Assembly: GCA_027364875.1 (NCBI GenBank)
Contig: DAHXON010000009.1
Coordinates: 913 to 64,912 of the forward strand
Direction: 5' to 3'
Source of the DNA: Chloroflexota bacterium
GTDB lineage: Bacteria; Chloroflexota; Limnocylindria; Limnocylindrales; CSP1-4
Length of the DNA stretch: 64,000 nt
In this document: in pieces, positions 44,101-52,417 of the stretch
How positions within the stretch are numbered: position 1 is the first letter of the stretch
How the letters are laid out: the number at the start of each line of letters is the position of its first letter
The notes under the pieces: model-generated
The model's database searches: none
Seen by the model: the letters and a program-made list of their open reading frames with translations, nothing else
What the model was told of the DNA's origin: nothing
Program-made: the position numbers and the translations under genes

Positions 44101-47100
44101 CACGTGGCGCGCGTCGAGGAGACCGAGGCCGCTCTTGTAGGCGACCAAAACTTCCGGGTTGGTGGTCTGCAGCGAGATGCCCGGCAGCGAGCCCTGCGAG
44201 ATCGCCGTCTGCACGGCCGATGCCTGCGCGGAGGCAAGCGACCCGACCGGCAGAGGCCGGCTTATGTTCGGCGGCGCGCTCCTGATCGCGCTTTCGATCT
44301 CGGCAGCATTGCCGCCGATGAGCGAGGCGAGCTGCTGAGCCTCGGCCGAGGCGTCGGTGACCTTGGAGCCCAGGACGTCGAGTGTCTGGGGTGCGGTCCC
44401 GAGGTCAGCGAAGTCGGCTGCGCCCGGCACGTTCCCCTGCCCGACGACCGTGCCTCCGTCCTGGGTGAGATCCACCGAGACGATGTTCCCGCCGGAGTCG
44501 GCGGCGAGGATGAACGGCGGAGTGCCCGCATAGAGATGGGCGATGTCGATGCCGGTGTTGACGCTCAGCTCGGTCGCGGGAGCTACAGAGCCAACCCCGA
44601 GTCGCGCGCCGTCGAGCGAGTTGAGGTCCAGTCGCCAGATCCGGCCCTGGGCTGTGCCCACGTAGAGGACGCCCGTTGCGTCGCCCGGAGACGCGAAGGT
44701 GGTCGCTCCCGGGATGTCGTAGGTCCATTCGGAGGCCCGCGTCTGAAGGTCGAAGACGCGAACCTGGCTGCCCGTCGCGACGAAAACCCGGTCGCCGAAA
44801 CGGTTGTCGGCGTTCGAGAAGGCATCGTTGGCGCCGGTGTTCGCCAGGGGTGAGGCTTCGAGGCGCGGCTCGACGTAGGCGTCCGTGACCGGGACGTTGA
44901 GGTCGTTGGTCGCGGTCACCTTGTCGTCTGAGAAGACGGTGATACCACCCGCGATGGCGTACTTGGCGAGCATCGGGTGGGTCCACTCGTAGATGTAGTT
45001 GCCGGGGATGTCGTGCGGGATGCCGTAGCGCCAGTCCTGGAGGAACTCGGTGGCGGACCTGGCGTGATAGACCTCGTCGAAGTACATCTGGCGCGGTTCA
45101 CCCAGGCGGTAGATCCGCAGGCACAGGATCGCGGCGACGAGCGCCACGACGACCCAGATGTCGAGCTTGTCGATGCGGCCGTGAGGCTCGGAATCGAGCG
45201 CCGGCGAGCGGTCCGGATAGCTCGATGGCCCGGCAAACCGGCGCCAGACCCGCATCACGCTGCGGGGCACGTATACCGGTCTCCTGCTCTCGTCCTCGTA
45301 TTCTTCGTCGAGCTCGTCCGAGTAGGCCCAGTCCTCAGATCCCTCGGGCTCCTCGGATTCCAGGGGCTCCTCGTACGGAGCCGTCTCGGAGTCGGAGGCG
45401 GCTGAGGGCCCGGTTGTGGATGCTGAGGTCGCGCCTGCGGCCACGGACGCGCGACCAGTCGAGGCCGGTACTTGCGGGATGGCGCGGGCGCCGGCAGCGG
45501 GCGGCTCGTCGTCCATCCTCGGCGCGAACCAGGAAATGAACCAGGAACCTGACTCTTCCTCGCCCGCCCCCTCGGCCTCGAGCTCGAGGCTGTTGGAGGC
45601 CATGCCGCGCATCTGCATCAGCGCCCAGAACATGACGGCCCCGGTGACGACGGCGGATACCGTGATCGGCCAGACCAGGCCGGACAGCTGGGAATTGAGG
45701 AGGTACGTGCCCCAGTCGTTGAGCGTCGTCGCCGCCCAGCCGTCCGTCAACGGGACCCCCTTGTACTGAACGAGCACTGCCACGAGGTTGGCCGAGTTGA
45801 CGACGGCCAGCAGCACGTAGGCGATTCGCCAGCGCCAGGAAACCGCGAACAGAAGTGCGCCGAGTCCGAAGAACGGGAAGAGGTAGCGCTCGTGGACGCG
45901 AGTGGGAACCACGAAGAAGGCGATCGCCATTATCGTGAGCGCGACGAGGAGGGAGAGGGCATCGTCGCGCCAGGCCGCCCAGAAGGCCGCGCTGACGAGG
46001 ACGAGGACCAGCAGCACGTCGCCGAATATCGCGGCCGGAATAGGCCCGAACGGCTGGATCACCAGCAGCGCGGCGAGGACGACCGCCGTTACGACGAACA
46101 CGGCCGCCAGGCTGCGCAGCTCCTCGACCCAGTCGTGACGTTCGCGCCAGCCGCCCACCCATGCCGCACCCGAGCCGGATTCCCGGGCAGCCGGCGTGTC
46201 TTCGGATCGCGCGTCATCCGATTCGGCCGGCAGCGCGGCCTCTCGCCGTCGTGCCGCTCCCCACGCCAGGAACGCACCCAGCGCGAGCGCTGCGATCGCG
46301 ACGGCGATCACGAGGATCCAGGCCGCGGAGAAGTGCCCGATCCCGTACCAGGGCTGCGGCCCCAGCTGAGGATCGATGTAGGAGATGTCCCGGAGCCAGC
46401 TCTTGCTGGTGGCCATGCCCTGGCCGTCCGCGGTCTGCAGGAGAGCCCACGGGTTGTAGGCGTTGAGGGTGAGGTACGGGTACTCGCCGAAGGCGGACGC
46501 CAGATGGCTGACGATCGCGTTGAAGACCATCGCCCCCGACAGCACCACGGTCACGAGAGCGGCCACTCCGGCGACGGCGGCGCGGTAGGCCGACTCCGCG
46601 ATCGGAAGATAGCGCCACGCCAGAGCCGCGACCCCCGCCGCGGCCACGACGCCGGCGAGAAGCGTCAGCGCGCCGGCGTAGGTCCCGAGCCGGCTGACGT
46701 AGCCGCCGAAATCGAGTCCGGTGAACGGCAGGCAAATCAGCCCGGCGGTCAGCAGGCCCGCCCCGAGCGAAGTGAGGACCCGCATCGGGTCCGCCTCGCC
46801 TTCCTTGGGGAACAAGGACCTGCGTAGGATCACCACGCCCACGAGAACGGCCAGGATGCCGAGCTGCATCTTGGTCAGGACCGATACGACGGCAAGCGCG
46901 GCGGCTGTCTCCCTGCGGTCCTTCAGCAGCTCACGCAGGCCCAGCAGCAGGAATATCGAGCCGACCGCGTCGGCCTGGCCCCAGATGGCGCTGTTGATCC
47001 AGGTGATCGGATTGACGAGTATGACCACGGCCACGATCGTGGCTCGCCAGGTTGAGGCGCCCAGCTCCACGGCCATGTAGTAGACGAGGGCGGCAAGGCC

Positions 47101-47433
47101 CAGGTCCGCCAGCATGGGGATGAGCTTGATGCCCTCACCGATGCTCCCACCCATCACGAAGCTGATGACGGCGAGGAGTGCCAGGTAGACGGGCGGGTAA
47201 TCGATGAAGCCCTGTCGCTCGTAGAAGCCGACCGGCCCGTGCTGGGCTATGTCGTTGGCCCAGTACTGGAAGGCGTTCAGGTCGACTGGGAATCCGGACC
47301 CCGGCAGAAGAACGTATGCGATGATGACGCGGAGGAACAGACCCAGGGCCAGGAGAACGACGATGGCGGGCAGTACATCCGCGGCACCACCGGTACCCGC
47401 CGCCGTGCGCCCCCGAGGGCTGCCCTCTCGCAA
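41122..47433 (-). CDS. giant polytopic protein: N-terminal Gpi18/PIG-V/DUF2029-like GT-C domain fused to a PMT (GT39)-like protein O-mannosyltransferase domain carrying a ~425-aa propeller-like insertion
   Basis: ORF open to 47814 (2230 aa) but its first ~127-146 codons are Arg/Pro/Ala junk overlapping the divergent gene; TTG at 47433 (or 47448) is the last start before the first TM. Domain 1: FPVDLNAFQYWANDI..IDYPPVYLALLAV. Acidic linker. Domain 2: RIYRLGEPRQMYFDEVYHARSA (FDEVYH at 45064-45081), ..EWTHPMLAKY.., AQSRIAMNDTYVGG, C-terminal SSPWWAWP..GNPVLWW..AAFQYHFYTALPF. Confidence 0.85.
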   Translation of the reverse strand: MREGSPRGRTAAGTGGAADVLPAIVVLLALGLFLRVIIAYVLLPGSGFPVDLNAFQYWANDIAQHGPVGFYERQGFIDYPPVYLALLAVISFVMGGSIGEGIKLIPMLADLGLAALVYYMAVELGASTWRATIVAVVILVNPITWINSAIWGQADAVGSIFLLLGLRELLKDRRETAAALAVVSVLTKMQLGILAVLVGVVILRRSLFPKEGEADPMRVLTSLGAGLLTAGLICLPFTGLDFGGYVSRLGTYAGALTLLAGVVAAAGVAALAWRYLPIAESAYRAAVAGVAALVTVVLSGAMVFNAIVSHLASAFGEYPYLTLNAYNPWALLQTADGQGMATSKSWLRDISYIDPQLGPQPWYGIGHFSAAWILVIAVAIAALALGAFLAWGAARRREAALPAESDDARSEDTPAARESGSGAAWVGGWRERHDWVEELRSLAAVFVVTAVVLAALLVIQPFGPIPAAIFGDVLLVLVLVSAAFWAAWRDDALSLLVALTIMAIAFFVVPTRVHERYLFPFFGLGALLFAVSWRWRIAYVLLAVVNSANLVAVLVQYKGVPLTDGWAATTLNDWGTYLLNSQLSGLVWPITVSAVVTGAVMFWALMQMRGMASNSLELEAEGAGEEESGSWFISWFAPRMDDEPPAAGARAIPQVPASTGRASVAAGATSASTTGPSAASDSETAPYEEPLESEEPEGSEDWAYSDELDEEYEDESRRPVYVPRSVMRVWRRFAGPSSYPDRSPALDSEPHGRIDKLDIWVVVALVAAILCLRIYRLGEPRQMYFDEVYHARSATEFLQDWRYGIPHDIPGNYIYEWTHPMLAKYAIAGGITVFSDDKVTATNDLNVPVTDAYVEPRLEASPLANTGANDAFSNADNRFGDRVFVATGSQVRVFDLQTRASEWTYDIPGATTFASPGDATGVLYVGTAQGRIWRLDLNSLDGARLGVGSVAPATELSVNTGIDIAHLYAGTPPFILAADSGGNIVSVDLTQDGGTVVGQGNVPGAADFADLGTAPQTLDVLGSKVTDASAEAQQLASLIGGNAAEIESAIRSAPPNISRPLPVGSLASAQASAVQTAISQGSLPGISLQTTNPEVLVAYKSGLGLLDARHVVLTTKDKDGNPIPAISTSQPVTSIAINPDSVNSNGSDSYAAAGNSILLFRPSTTGGTGTVAADGSQPLRAMPGAITKVMWDRATHVAQALGKTQDGSGWTVYAIEGNGNAFFSDAKLPFEPAAIGLDSTLRLPDTDREQVLAFSSTGSMASVDVGQFAFSWRIVGVLFGALMAACLYLLVRILFRRRTVGLLVALFSLIDGMFFAQSRIAMNDTYVGGFLLLAYLLFALMWLVWKRRAAFWLGMPLLGVILGLALASKWVAFYAMASIGILILIRSALGRLVTILGLAAGTGVLGWQAIAEMTTAPNTGSPPMVIALIFLALVVAVVGAYWTTSQRTTPDKVFTGIVTAVIAALLVGAALTFTPASIDNGAPNYTFFLIMLGITALAAAGNAYRPVAWTREELWFATVGVGAAGVIVAVLGFAFEHGFLSGLLSGFISAQGHKMLLGGLGLVALGIVARVVFQGVGLLGFGPLAKAPGEKDYARFAAPPSPAPEGWLRLGSGYGLPALWMTFCVMLLPIVVYVLFYIPWAMPWQTQTAATGPLPAIACWHTAPDPTNSLATICTDAWPAGHTGQTLWDLTIQMYNYHNNLRAAHAASSPWWAWPMDLKPVWFESIGYAGDNTSMIYDGGNPVLWWVAIGAMGFICWQAYKRRNLGLALIVIAFLWQWISWSRIDRAAFQYHFYTALPFFLAALAYFLAEIWHGPSRRTWLLARGSAVAACLFPGVMWLLKPELCGLARVDTTQYFQNTVCGTGTGNVVIETRLFLIGVVLVVALAVLAVILWRLERRQDRGYEDPYWALQLVVPVAIAGALLWVIGQNGPRTTLFQAALPSDYLAIVFVAFGVVLAIVAAIGTNPRRFVVGVIVFAILAFAALYPNLSALPMPQAITGIYNSLLPTWLYGFQFSDNLQESQGVGLVTSATVTVTVFVLALAGIASWVAWERRLVVGYRRAQLSAGQSDSSDALEAGYAELAPHSDPPSNAEATPDSEPPSQS

Positions 47434-47477
47434 GCTCGAGCCTGCCAACCGATACGGCCTCCTGGGCGAGCGCTGAG

Positions 47478-49391
47478 GTGGAGCGGAGTATACCCCACGA
47501 GGTCGGCGACGACGGGCTGCCGGAGGAAGCGGAGCCCTCCTGGTCTGGCGCTCCGCAGCCCGAAGAGCCGATCGGCGGAGCGTCGAAGGCGGCGCCGCCG
47601 CGGCCGCAGCCGCCCTCCGAGGAGCCAGGAGAAACCGCCGGCAGCGAGGACGAGGACTGGGAAGGGCCCGATCCGTGGACCCTCGTGATCGGCTACGGGA
47701 TCGTCGTGGCCTGCTTCCTCGTCTACTTCCTGATCCACCTGGATCGGCCCAACGACTACCTCCACTTCGTCCTGCAGGCGCAGGCCTGGCTCGACGGCAA
47801 CACCTCGATTCCAATGCCGCGCTACCAGGACGTGATGCCGATCCTCGGACCGGATGGCGTCGCGACCGGGAGAGGCATCATCCCTTTCCCGCCTCTGCCG
47901 GCCTGGGTCCTGCTCCCCTTCGTCTCGATCTGGCATGAGGCGACCAATCAGCAGCTGCTCTCGGCCGTCTTTGGAGCGATCGACGTCGGGATCGCCTACT
48001 GGATGCTCGGCCGCCTGCCGATCGACCTTCGCGTTCGGGCGCTGACGTCGGTTTTCTTCGGCCTCGGGACCGTTCTCTTCTATACCTCCGTGATCGGGTC
48101 CACCTGGTTCTTCGCCCACGTCGTCGCCGTCGCCTGCCTCTTGCTGTCGGTCGGCGTGGCCCTCGGCGCCGACCCGGATGCGGCGCGGCCGGTTCCGCTC
48201 AACTCGGTGGCGGGCGCGATCAAAGGCTGGAGCTTCCCGGGCCGCTGGGTCGGGGTCGTCGCCCTCGTGGCGCTCGGGATCGTGGGTGAGGGCTTTCTGA
48301 TCTCCGCCGAGGCCGGCAAACCGGCGGCCACGATCGCCCTCGCGGGGCTCGGGATCGGGGTACTGGCCGCTCTGCTCGCCGTGGCCGTCGACGGTCGGTG
48401 GCAGGTCCTGACGGCGTCGGCCGTGGTACTGGCTCTCGCGGTCGGCGTGCCCGGGCTCTTCCTGATGGCCGTCTACGCCCCGGACCTCACGATCGCGGTC
48501 GACGTCGGGCTCGTCCTGGCCGCGATGGCGGCTGCCGGTCTGGCCCTGCGGCGCCCGGAGGCGTTCCGGCGCGGCCAGTCGATCCTGTGGGCGGAGCTCT
48601 CGAGGCCGGAGTCCCTCCAGGTGGCGGCGGGCCTGCTATTCGGCCTGGCGATCACCGCCCGCCTGACCATCCTCTTCGGCTTCCCGTTCCTGATGCTCGT
48701 CGGCGGCGGCGGAACCTGGATGCGGCGCAGCCTGCTGGCCGGCGCCGGCGCCGCCGTGCCTCTCATCGCCCTGCTGGTGGTCACGTACGCCACGAGTGGG
48801 CAGCTGTTCAACCCGGCCTACGACTACCTCTACCACAACGAGCTGCTCCAGTACGGCTCCGTGCTCGACTACCACGCCGGCTGGGCGATCAGCGACATCC
48901 GGTACGTGCCGCAGAACCTGGCGATCATGCTGTTCCAGGGTCCGGAGATCGCACCGAACTTCGTGGGCATCGTTGGGCCGGATTACGGGACGCCAACTTG
49001 CCTGGCCACGAACGCCGCCCGCGGCCTGTTCGATACCAGCTGCCCGCTGGCGATGCCGAACGCGGTCGGCATGAGCATCCTGCTCTCGAGCCCGGCCTTC
49101 ATGCTCGCTCCGCTCGCCTGGGGACCGCTCCACCGGCTCCATCTCGACAGGGTCACGGCCGGCGCCACGATCGCCGTGGTGGCGATAGCCTTCGCCAACC
49201 TGATGCACTTCAGCCAGGGATGGGTCCAGTTCGGCTACCGTTTCAGCAACGACTTCGTGCCGTACGCGCTGGTGCTGGTGGCTCTCGGCATGAGCCGGCT
49301 TCGCTGGCTCGGGCCGGCCGTGGCGCTGGTCGTGCTTTCGATCGTGATCAACTTCTGGGGAACGATATGGGGAACCATCCTTGGCTGGTGA
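47478..49391 (+). CDS. polytopic membrane protein, putative GT-C glycosyltransferase
   Basis: 637 aa, GTG start; acidic N-tail then ~14 TM helices; first loop HLDRPNDYLHFVLQAQAWLDGNTSIP..IIPFPPLPAW; family assignment is pattern-level only. Confidence 0.65.
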   Translation: MERSIPHEVGDDGLPEEAEPSWSGAPQPEEPIGGASKAAPPRPQPPSEEPGETAGSEDEDWEGPDPWTLVIGYGIVVACFLVYFLIHLDRPNDYLHFVLQAQAWLDGNTSIPMPRYQDVMPILGPDGVATGRGIIPFPPLPAWVLLPFVSIWHEATNQQLLSAVFGAIDVGIAYWMLGRLPIDLRVRALTSVFFGLGTVLFYTSVIGSTWFFAHVVAVACLLLSVGVALGADPDAARPVPLNSVAGAIKGWSFPGRWVGVVALVALGIVGEGFLISAEAGKPAATIALAGLGIGVLAALLAVAVDGRWQVLTASAVVLALAVGVPGLFLMAVYAPDLTIAVDVGLVLAAMAAAGLALRRPEAFRRGQSILWAELSRPESLQVAAGLLFGLAITARLTILFGFPFLMLVGGGGTWMRRSLLAGAGAAVPLIALLVVTYATSGQLFNPAYDYLYHNELLQYGSVLDYHAGWAISDIRYVPQNLAIMLFQGPEIAPNFVGIVGPDYGTPTCLATNAARGLFDTSCPLAMPNAVGMSILLSSPAFMLAPLAWGPLHRLHLDRVTAGATIAVVAIAFANLMHFSQGWVQFGYRFSNDFVPYALVLVALGMSRLRWLGPAVALVVLSIVINFWGTIWGTILGW

Positions 49392-51270
49392 CGCACTGAC
49401 CCGAGCACCGTCGGGTCGCATCGGTTCCAACGCGGGCCGCACCGTCGGGGCAGCCCTGGCGCGCCTGGCCGATCCGGTATTCCTCGAGGCGGCACTCGGC
49501 CCCGTCATCGTGGCCGCCCTCGCCCTCCTGGTCATCATCCCCACCCTGGCCCCCACCGTCGCCAACTGGGACACGGCCGAGTTCCAGACCGTCGGCCCGG
49601 TCATGGGCACGGCCCACCCCACCGGCTACCCCGCCTACGTGATCCTGGGCTGGTTCGCCGGGGTCCTGTTCCAGCCATTCGGTGACCCGGCCTTCCGGAT
49701 GAACCTCCTCCAGGCTGTTCTGGCCGCGGTAGCCGCCGGAGCGACCACGGTGGTGGTGGGGCTCCTGACGGGGCGCCGATACGTGGCGCTGGCCGCCGGC
49801 TTGCTGCTCGTGGCGATGCCCTTTGTCTCGGACGTGACGGTCACGTTGCCGGTCACGGGCACCATCACCGCGACGCCGGTATTCATGCGGCTCGCGACCC
49901 ATGCGGACCCACACATGTTCCACGCGGCCCTCGTGGCGATCCTCTTCGGCGTGCTGATCGTCTGGGACAAGCGGATCCACGCTCTGGACCCGGAGGATCG
50001 CGGCAGAGCGGACCGCTGGCTGGTCGCCGCGGCATTCGTGTACGCCGTCGCCGTGGCCAACCATTCGTTGGCCCTGCTCCTGCCTCCGGCGATCGGCCTG
50101 TTCGTGCTGCTGGTCGACTGGCGGGTGATCCTGCGTCCGCGCACCGTCGCGGCCTGCGTCCTTGTCCTCGTCGGGACGCTCGTGGTCCTGTTCGCGGAGC
50201 TGCCGATACGCGCGGCCATGCACGCCCCGCTGGTCTACGGCCACCCGGATACCATCGGCGGCTTCGCCTACGTAGTTCTCGCCGAGCAGTTCCGGGGCAG
50301 CCTGGTGGACCCATTCGGCAACCTCGGCGACAAGACCGCGGCGATCGTGAGCTTGATGTACGGCTGGCTCGGACCGCTCCTCTACGTGGCCATACTCGGT
50401 CTCGGGACGAGCCTGATCCGGCGGCCTCGCTACCTGGTGCTGAGCGGGCTCACGCTCCTGGTGACGTGCTACTTCTCCACCGCGTACAGCAACGCGGACA
50501 TCGAGCGCTACTTCCTGGTTCCGGTGCTGATCGCATTCACGTGGGTCGGCCTCGGAGTCGCGGACCTTGTCGGAGGGGCGGCGTACGTGGCCACCTGGAT
50601 TTCCGAGCGCATCACGCCGGAAGCCACGGCAAATACGACCGAAGCCGCATCTCCCGAGCCGCCCGACTCGGCGGCAGCGTCTTCCGACCCGGCCCGGGAC
50701 CCGGACACTGAGCCGGAGCCGGAGCCGGAGCCGGACCCCGAGCTCGGAACGCGTCCTCGCGGGCGCCCGGGCAACCGATACGCCTGGGCGCTGCTGGTCG
50801 GCGAGATCGCCGCGGCGGTCGTCCTGGTCGCACCCATTCCCGCCGTCATCCCCGACCGTCAGAGGCCGCTCAGCACCTTCGATCCGGGCGGCGTGAGTGA
50901 AGCGGCCATGACCGCGGATTCGGAGTGGATGCACCAGGTTCTGGCCGCGCCGGACAAGGGCGGCCTGCCGCAGAACTCGGTCGTGGTTTCGTGGTGGAGC
51001 ACCTCCACGACGCTGTGGTACGGCCAGCGAGTCCTCGGCCTTCGGCCCGACATCTACATCGTCGATGATCGAACCAGGCTCGACGACAACCTGGGTTCGG
51101 TTCAGGATGTCTTCAACAGATTCCTGGGTAATAGGCCGGTCTTCACCATCCGCCTAGCCGGGGGAGTCGACGGTATGCAGGCGCTCAGCGCCGAGTACGA
51201 CATCGCGCCGTACAAGCTGGGGGATGGATCCACGATCAACCAGGTCCTCGGTCGAAAGGGAAGCCAGTGA
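49381..51270 (+). CDS. DUF2723 (TMEM260-like) GT-C family glycosyltransferase
   Basis: 629 aa, TTG start overlapping the previous stop; APTVANWDTAEFQTVGPVMGTAHPTGYPAYVILGWF matches the DUF2723 first-loop signature; soluble C-terminal domain. Confidence 0.75.
   Translation: MAGDALTRAPSGRIGSNAGRTVGAALARLADPVFLEAALGPVIVAALALLVIIPTLAPTVANWDTAEFQTVGPVMGTAHPTGYPAYVILGWFAGVLFQPFGDPAFRMNLLQAVLAAVAAGATTVVVGLLTGRRYVALAAGLLLVAMPFVSDVTVTLPVTGTITATPVFMRLATHADPHMFHAALVAILFGVLIVWDKRIHALDPEDRGRADRWLVAAAFVYAVAVANHSLALLLPPAIGLFVLLVDWRVILRPRTVAACVLVLVGTLVVLFAELPIRAAMHAPLVYGHPDTIGGFAYVVLAEQFRGSLVDPFGNLGDKTAAIVSLMYGWLGPLLYVAILGLGTSLIRRPRYLVLSGLTLLVTCYFSTAYSNADIERYFLVPVLIAFTWVGLGVADLVGGAAYVATWISERITPEATANTTEAASPEPPDSAAASSDPARDPDTEPEPEPEPDPELGTRPRGRPGNRYAWALLVGEIAAAVVLVAPIPAVIPDRQRPLSTFDPGGVSEAAMTADSEWMHQVLAAPDKGGLPQNSVVVSWWSTSTTLWYGQRVLGLRPDIYIVDDRTRLDDNLGSVQDVFNRFLGNRPVFTIRLAGGVDGMQALSAEYDIAPYKLGDGSTINQVLGRKGSQ
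50710..50733 (+). repeat. (GAGCCG)x4 hexanucleotide repeat inside the DUF2723 gene
   Basis: Four perfect tandem GAGCCG units encoding (EP)4 within an acidic loop. Confidence 0.9.
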
Positions 51271-52067
51271 GTGCCAGCGTCCGTCCAAGCACGGCAGTCG
51301 AGTCGGGGCCGACCGCGCCGCGGGTGCCCGAGCTCTCCTTCTTCTTTCCTGCCCACAACGAGGAGGCCAACCTCGAGGCGCTGGTCGAAGAGGCTTTCGC
51401 GGCCCTGCCGGCCATCGCCGAGAAGTTCGAGATCATCGCCGTCGACGACGGTTCGAAGGATCGGACGCCGGCCATCGCCGACGCGCTCGCGGCCGCTCAT
51501 CCGGACGTCTTTCGCGTCGTCCACCATCCGGTCAACCGGGGCTACGGCGCGGCCCTGCGCTCCGGCTTCGACGCCTCTCGCTTCTCGTTGATCGCGTTCA
51601 TCGACGGCGACCGCCAGTTCAAGGTGGCGGACGTCGGCCGGCTGACACAGCGGATCCAGGCCCCGGATAGCCCGGACGTGGTGGTGGGTTACCGGCTCAA
51701 GCGCGCCGATCCGCCGATCCGGCGCTGGTATGCGCGCATCTACCGCCTGGCCAACCGGATCTTCTTCGGCGTTCGCGTCCGCGACATCGACTGCGCCTGC
51801 AAGCTCTTCAAGCGCGAGGCCCTGGAGCCGATCCGGGTCTCGTCCGGCGGCGCCTTCTTCACGGCCGAACTCCTCATCAAGCTGCGCTTCGAAGGCCGCC
51901 GCATCGCCCAGGTCGGGGTGCCGCACTACCCGCGGACCGCGGGTTCGCCCACCGGCGCCAGGCCCAGCGTGGTCTTCCGGGCAATGCGCGACTTCTGGTC
52001 GCTGCGCATCCGCCTCTGGTTCACCCGCGGCGCCGCCATGCGCCGGGGCAAGCCGATCCTGGGGTAA
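51267..52067 (+). CDS. GT2 polyprenol-phosphate mannosyl/glucosyl transferase (DPM1/Ppm1/GtrB-like)
   Basis: 266 aa; GTGA overlap with the upstream gene; SFFFPAHNEEANL, IIAVDDGSKDRT, NRGYGAALRSG, FIDGDRQF (DXD), FTAELL. Confidence 0.88.
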   Translation: MSASVRPSTAVESGPTAPRVPELSFFFPAHNEEANLEALVEEAFAALPAIAEKFEIIAVDDGSKDRTPAIADALAAAHPDVFRVVHHPVNRGYGAALRSGFDASRFSLIAFIDGDRQFKVADVGRLTQRIQAPDSPDVVVGYRLKRADPPIRRWYARIYRLANRIFFGVRVRDIDCACKLFKREALEPIRVSSGGAFFTAELLIKLRFEGRRIAQVGVPHYPRTAGSPTGARPSVVFRAMRDFWSLRIRLWFTRGAAMRRGKPILG

Positions 52068-52417
52068 GCCGGCGCCGCTTGCCACCGGGCGTTGCTGGCC
52101 ACCGGGCGTCGCCGCCATGTCCGCACGGAAGTTGCCGAACTCACACCAGGACGACTTTGGGCCAACGTCCGGCCCAGCCCGGCCCAGCTCTGGCTGCCTG
52201 CCCATACGCCCGGAGAGCACTTCACGCACGGAATCGCCTCCGCCGGTCCGCGGATACGCTTGCAAAGTCGCCGCGCACCCAGGTCTCGCCCGGGAATTCC
52301 GGCTCAATGTCGCCGAGGTGTGAATTGGGAATGGATCCCGGGGTCGGATCGGGCCGGGCGGGGCCGCTGGCGTGTGCAGCGGCGCGGTGCGGCGGCGCGG
52401 TGCGAAGCCGGCGCGGG

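Noticed and set aside
47434-47814. First ~127 codons of the 2230-aa ORF
   Set aside because: Arg/Pro/Ala-rich, with no TM or motif content, and it overlaps the start of the divergent gene at 47478. The start was moved provisionally to the TTG at 47433, so the true N-terminus remains uncertain.
41159-52323. Numerous 100-500-aa ORFs in alternative frames of the GT-C island (for example 49348-50934 minus, 51102-52307 minus)
   Set aside because: Arg/Asp/Gly/Pro-rich shadow frames opposite or overlapping genes with clear TM-helix periodicity and family motifs.
52068-52417. Possible small gene or RNA between the convergent GT2 and nuclease genes
   Set aside because: No ORF with plausible composition or start context, and no recognisable RNA motif or strong hairpin. 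Left unannotated.
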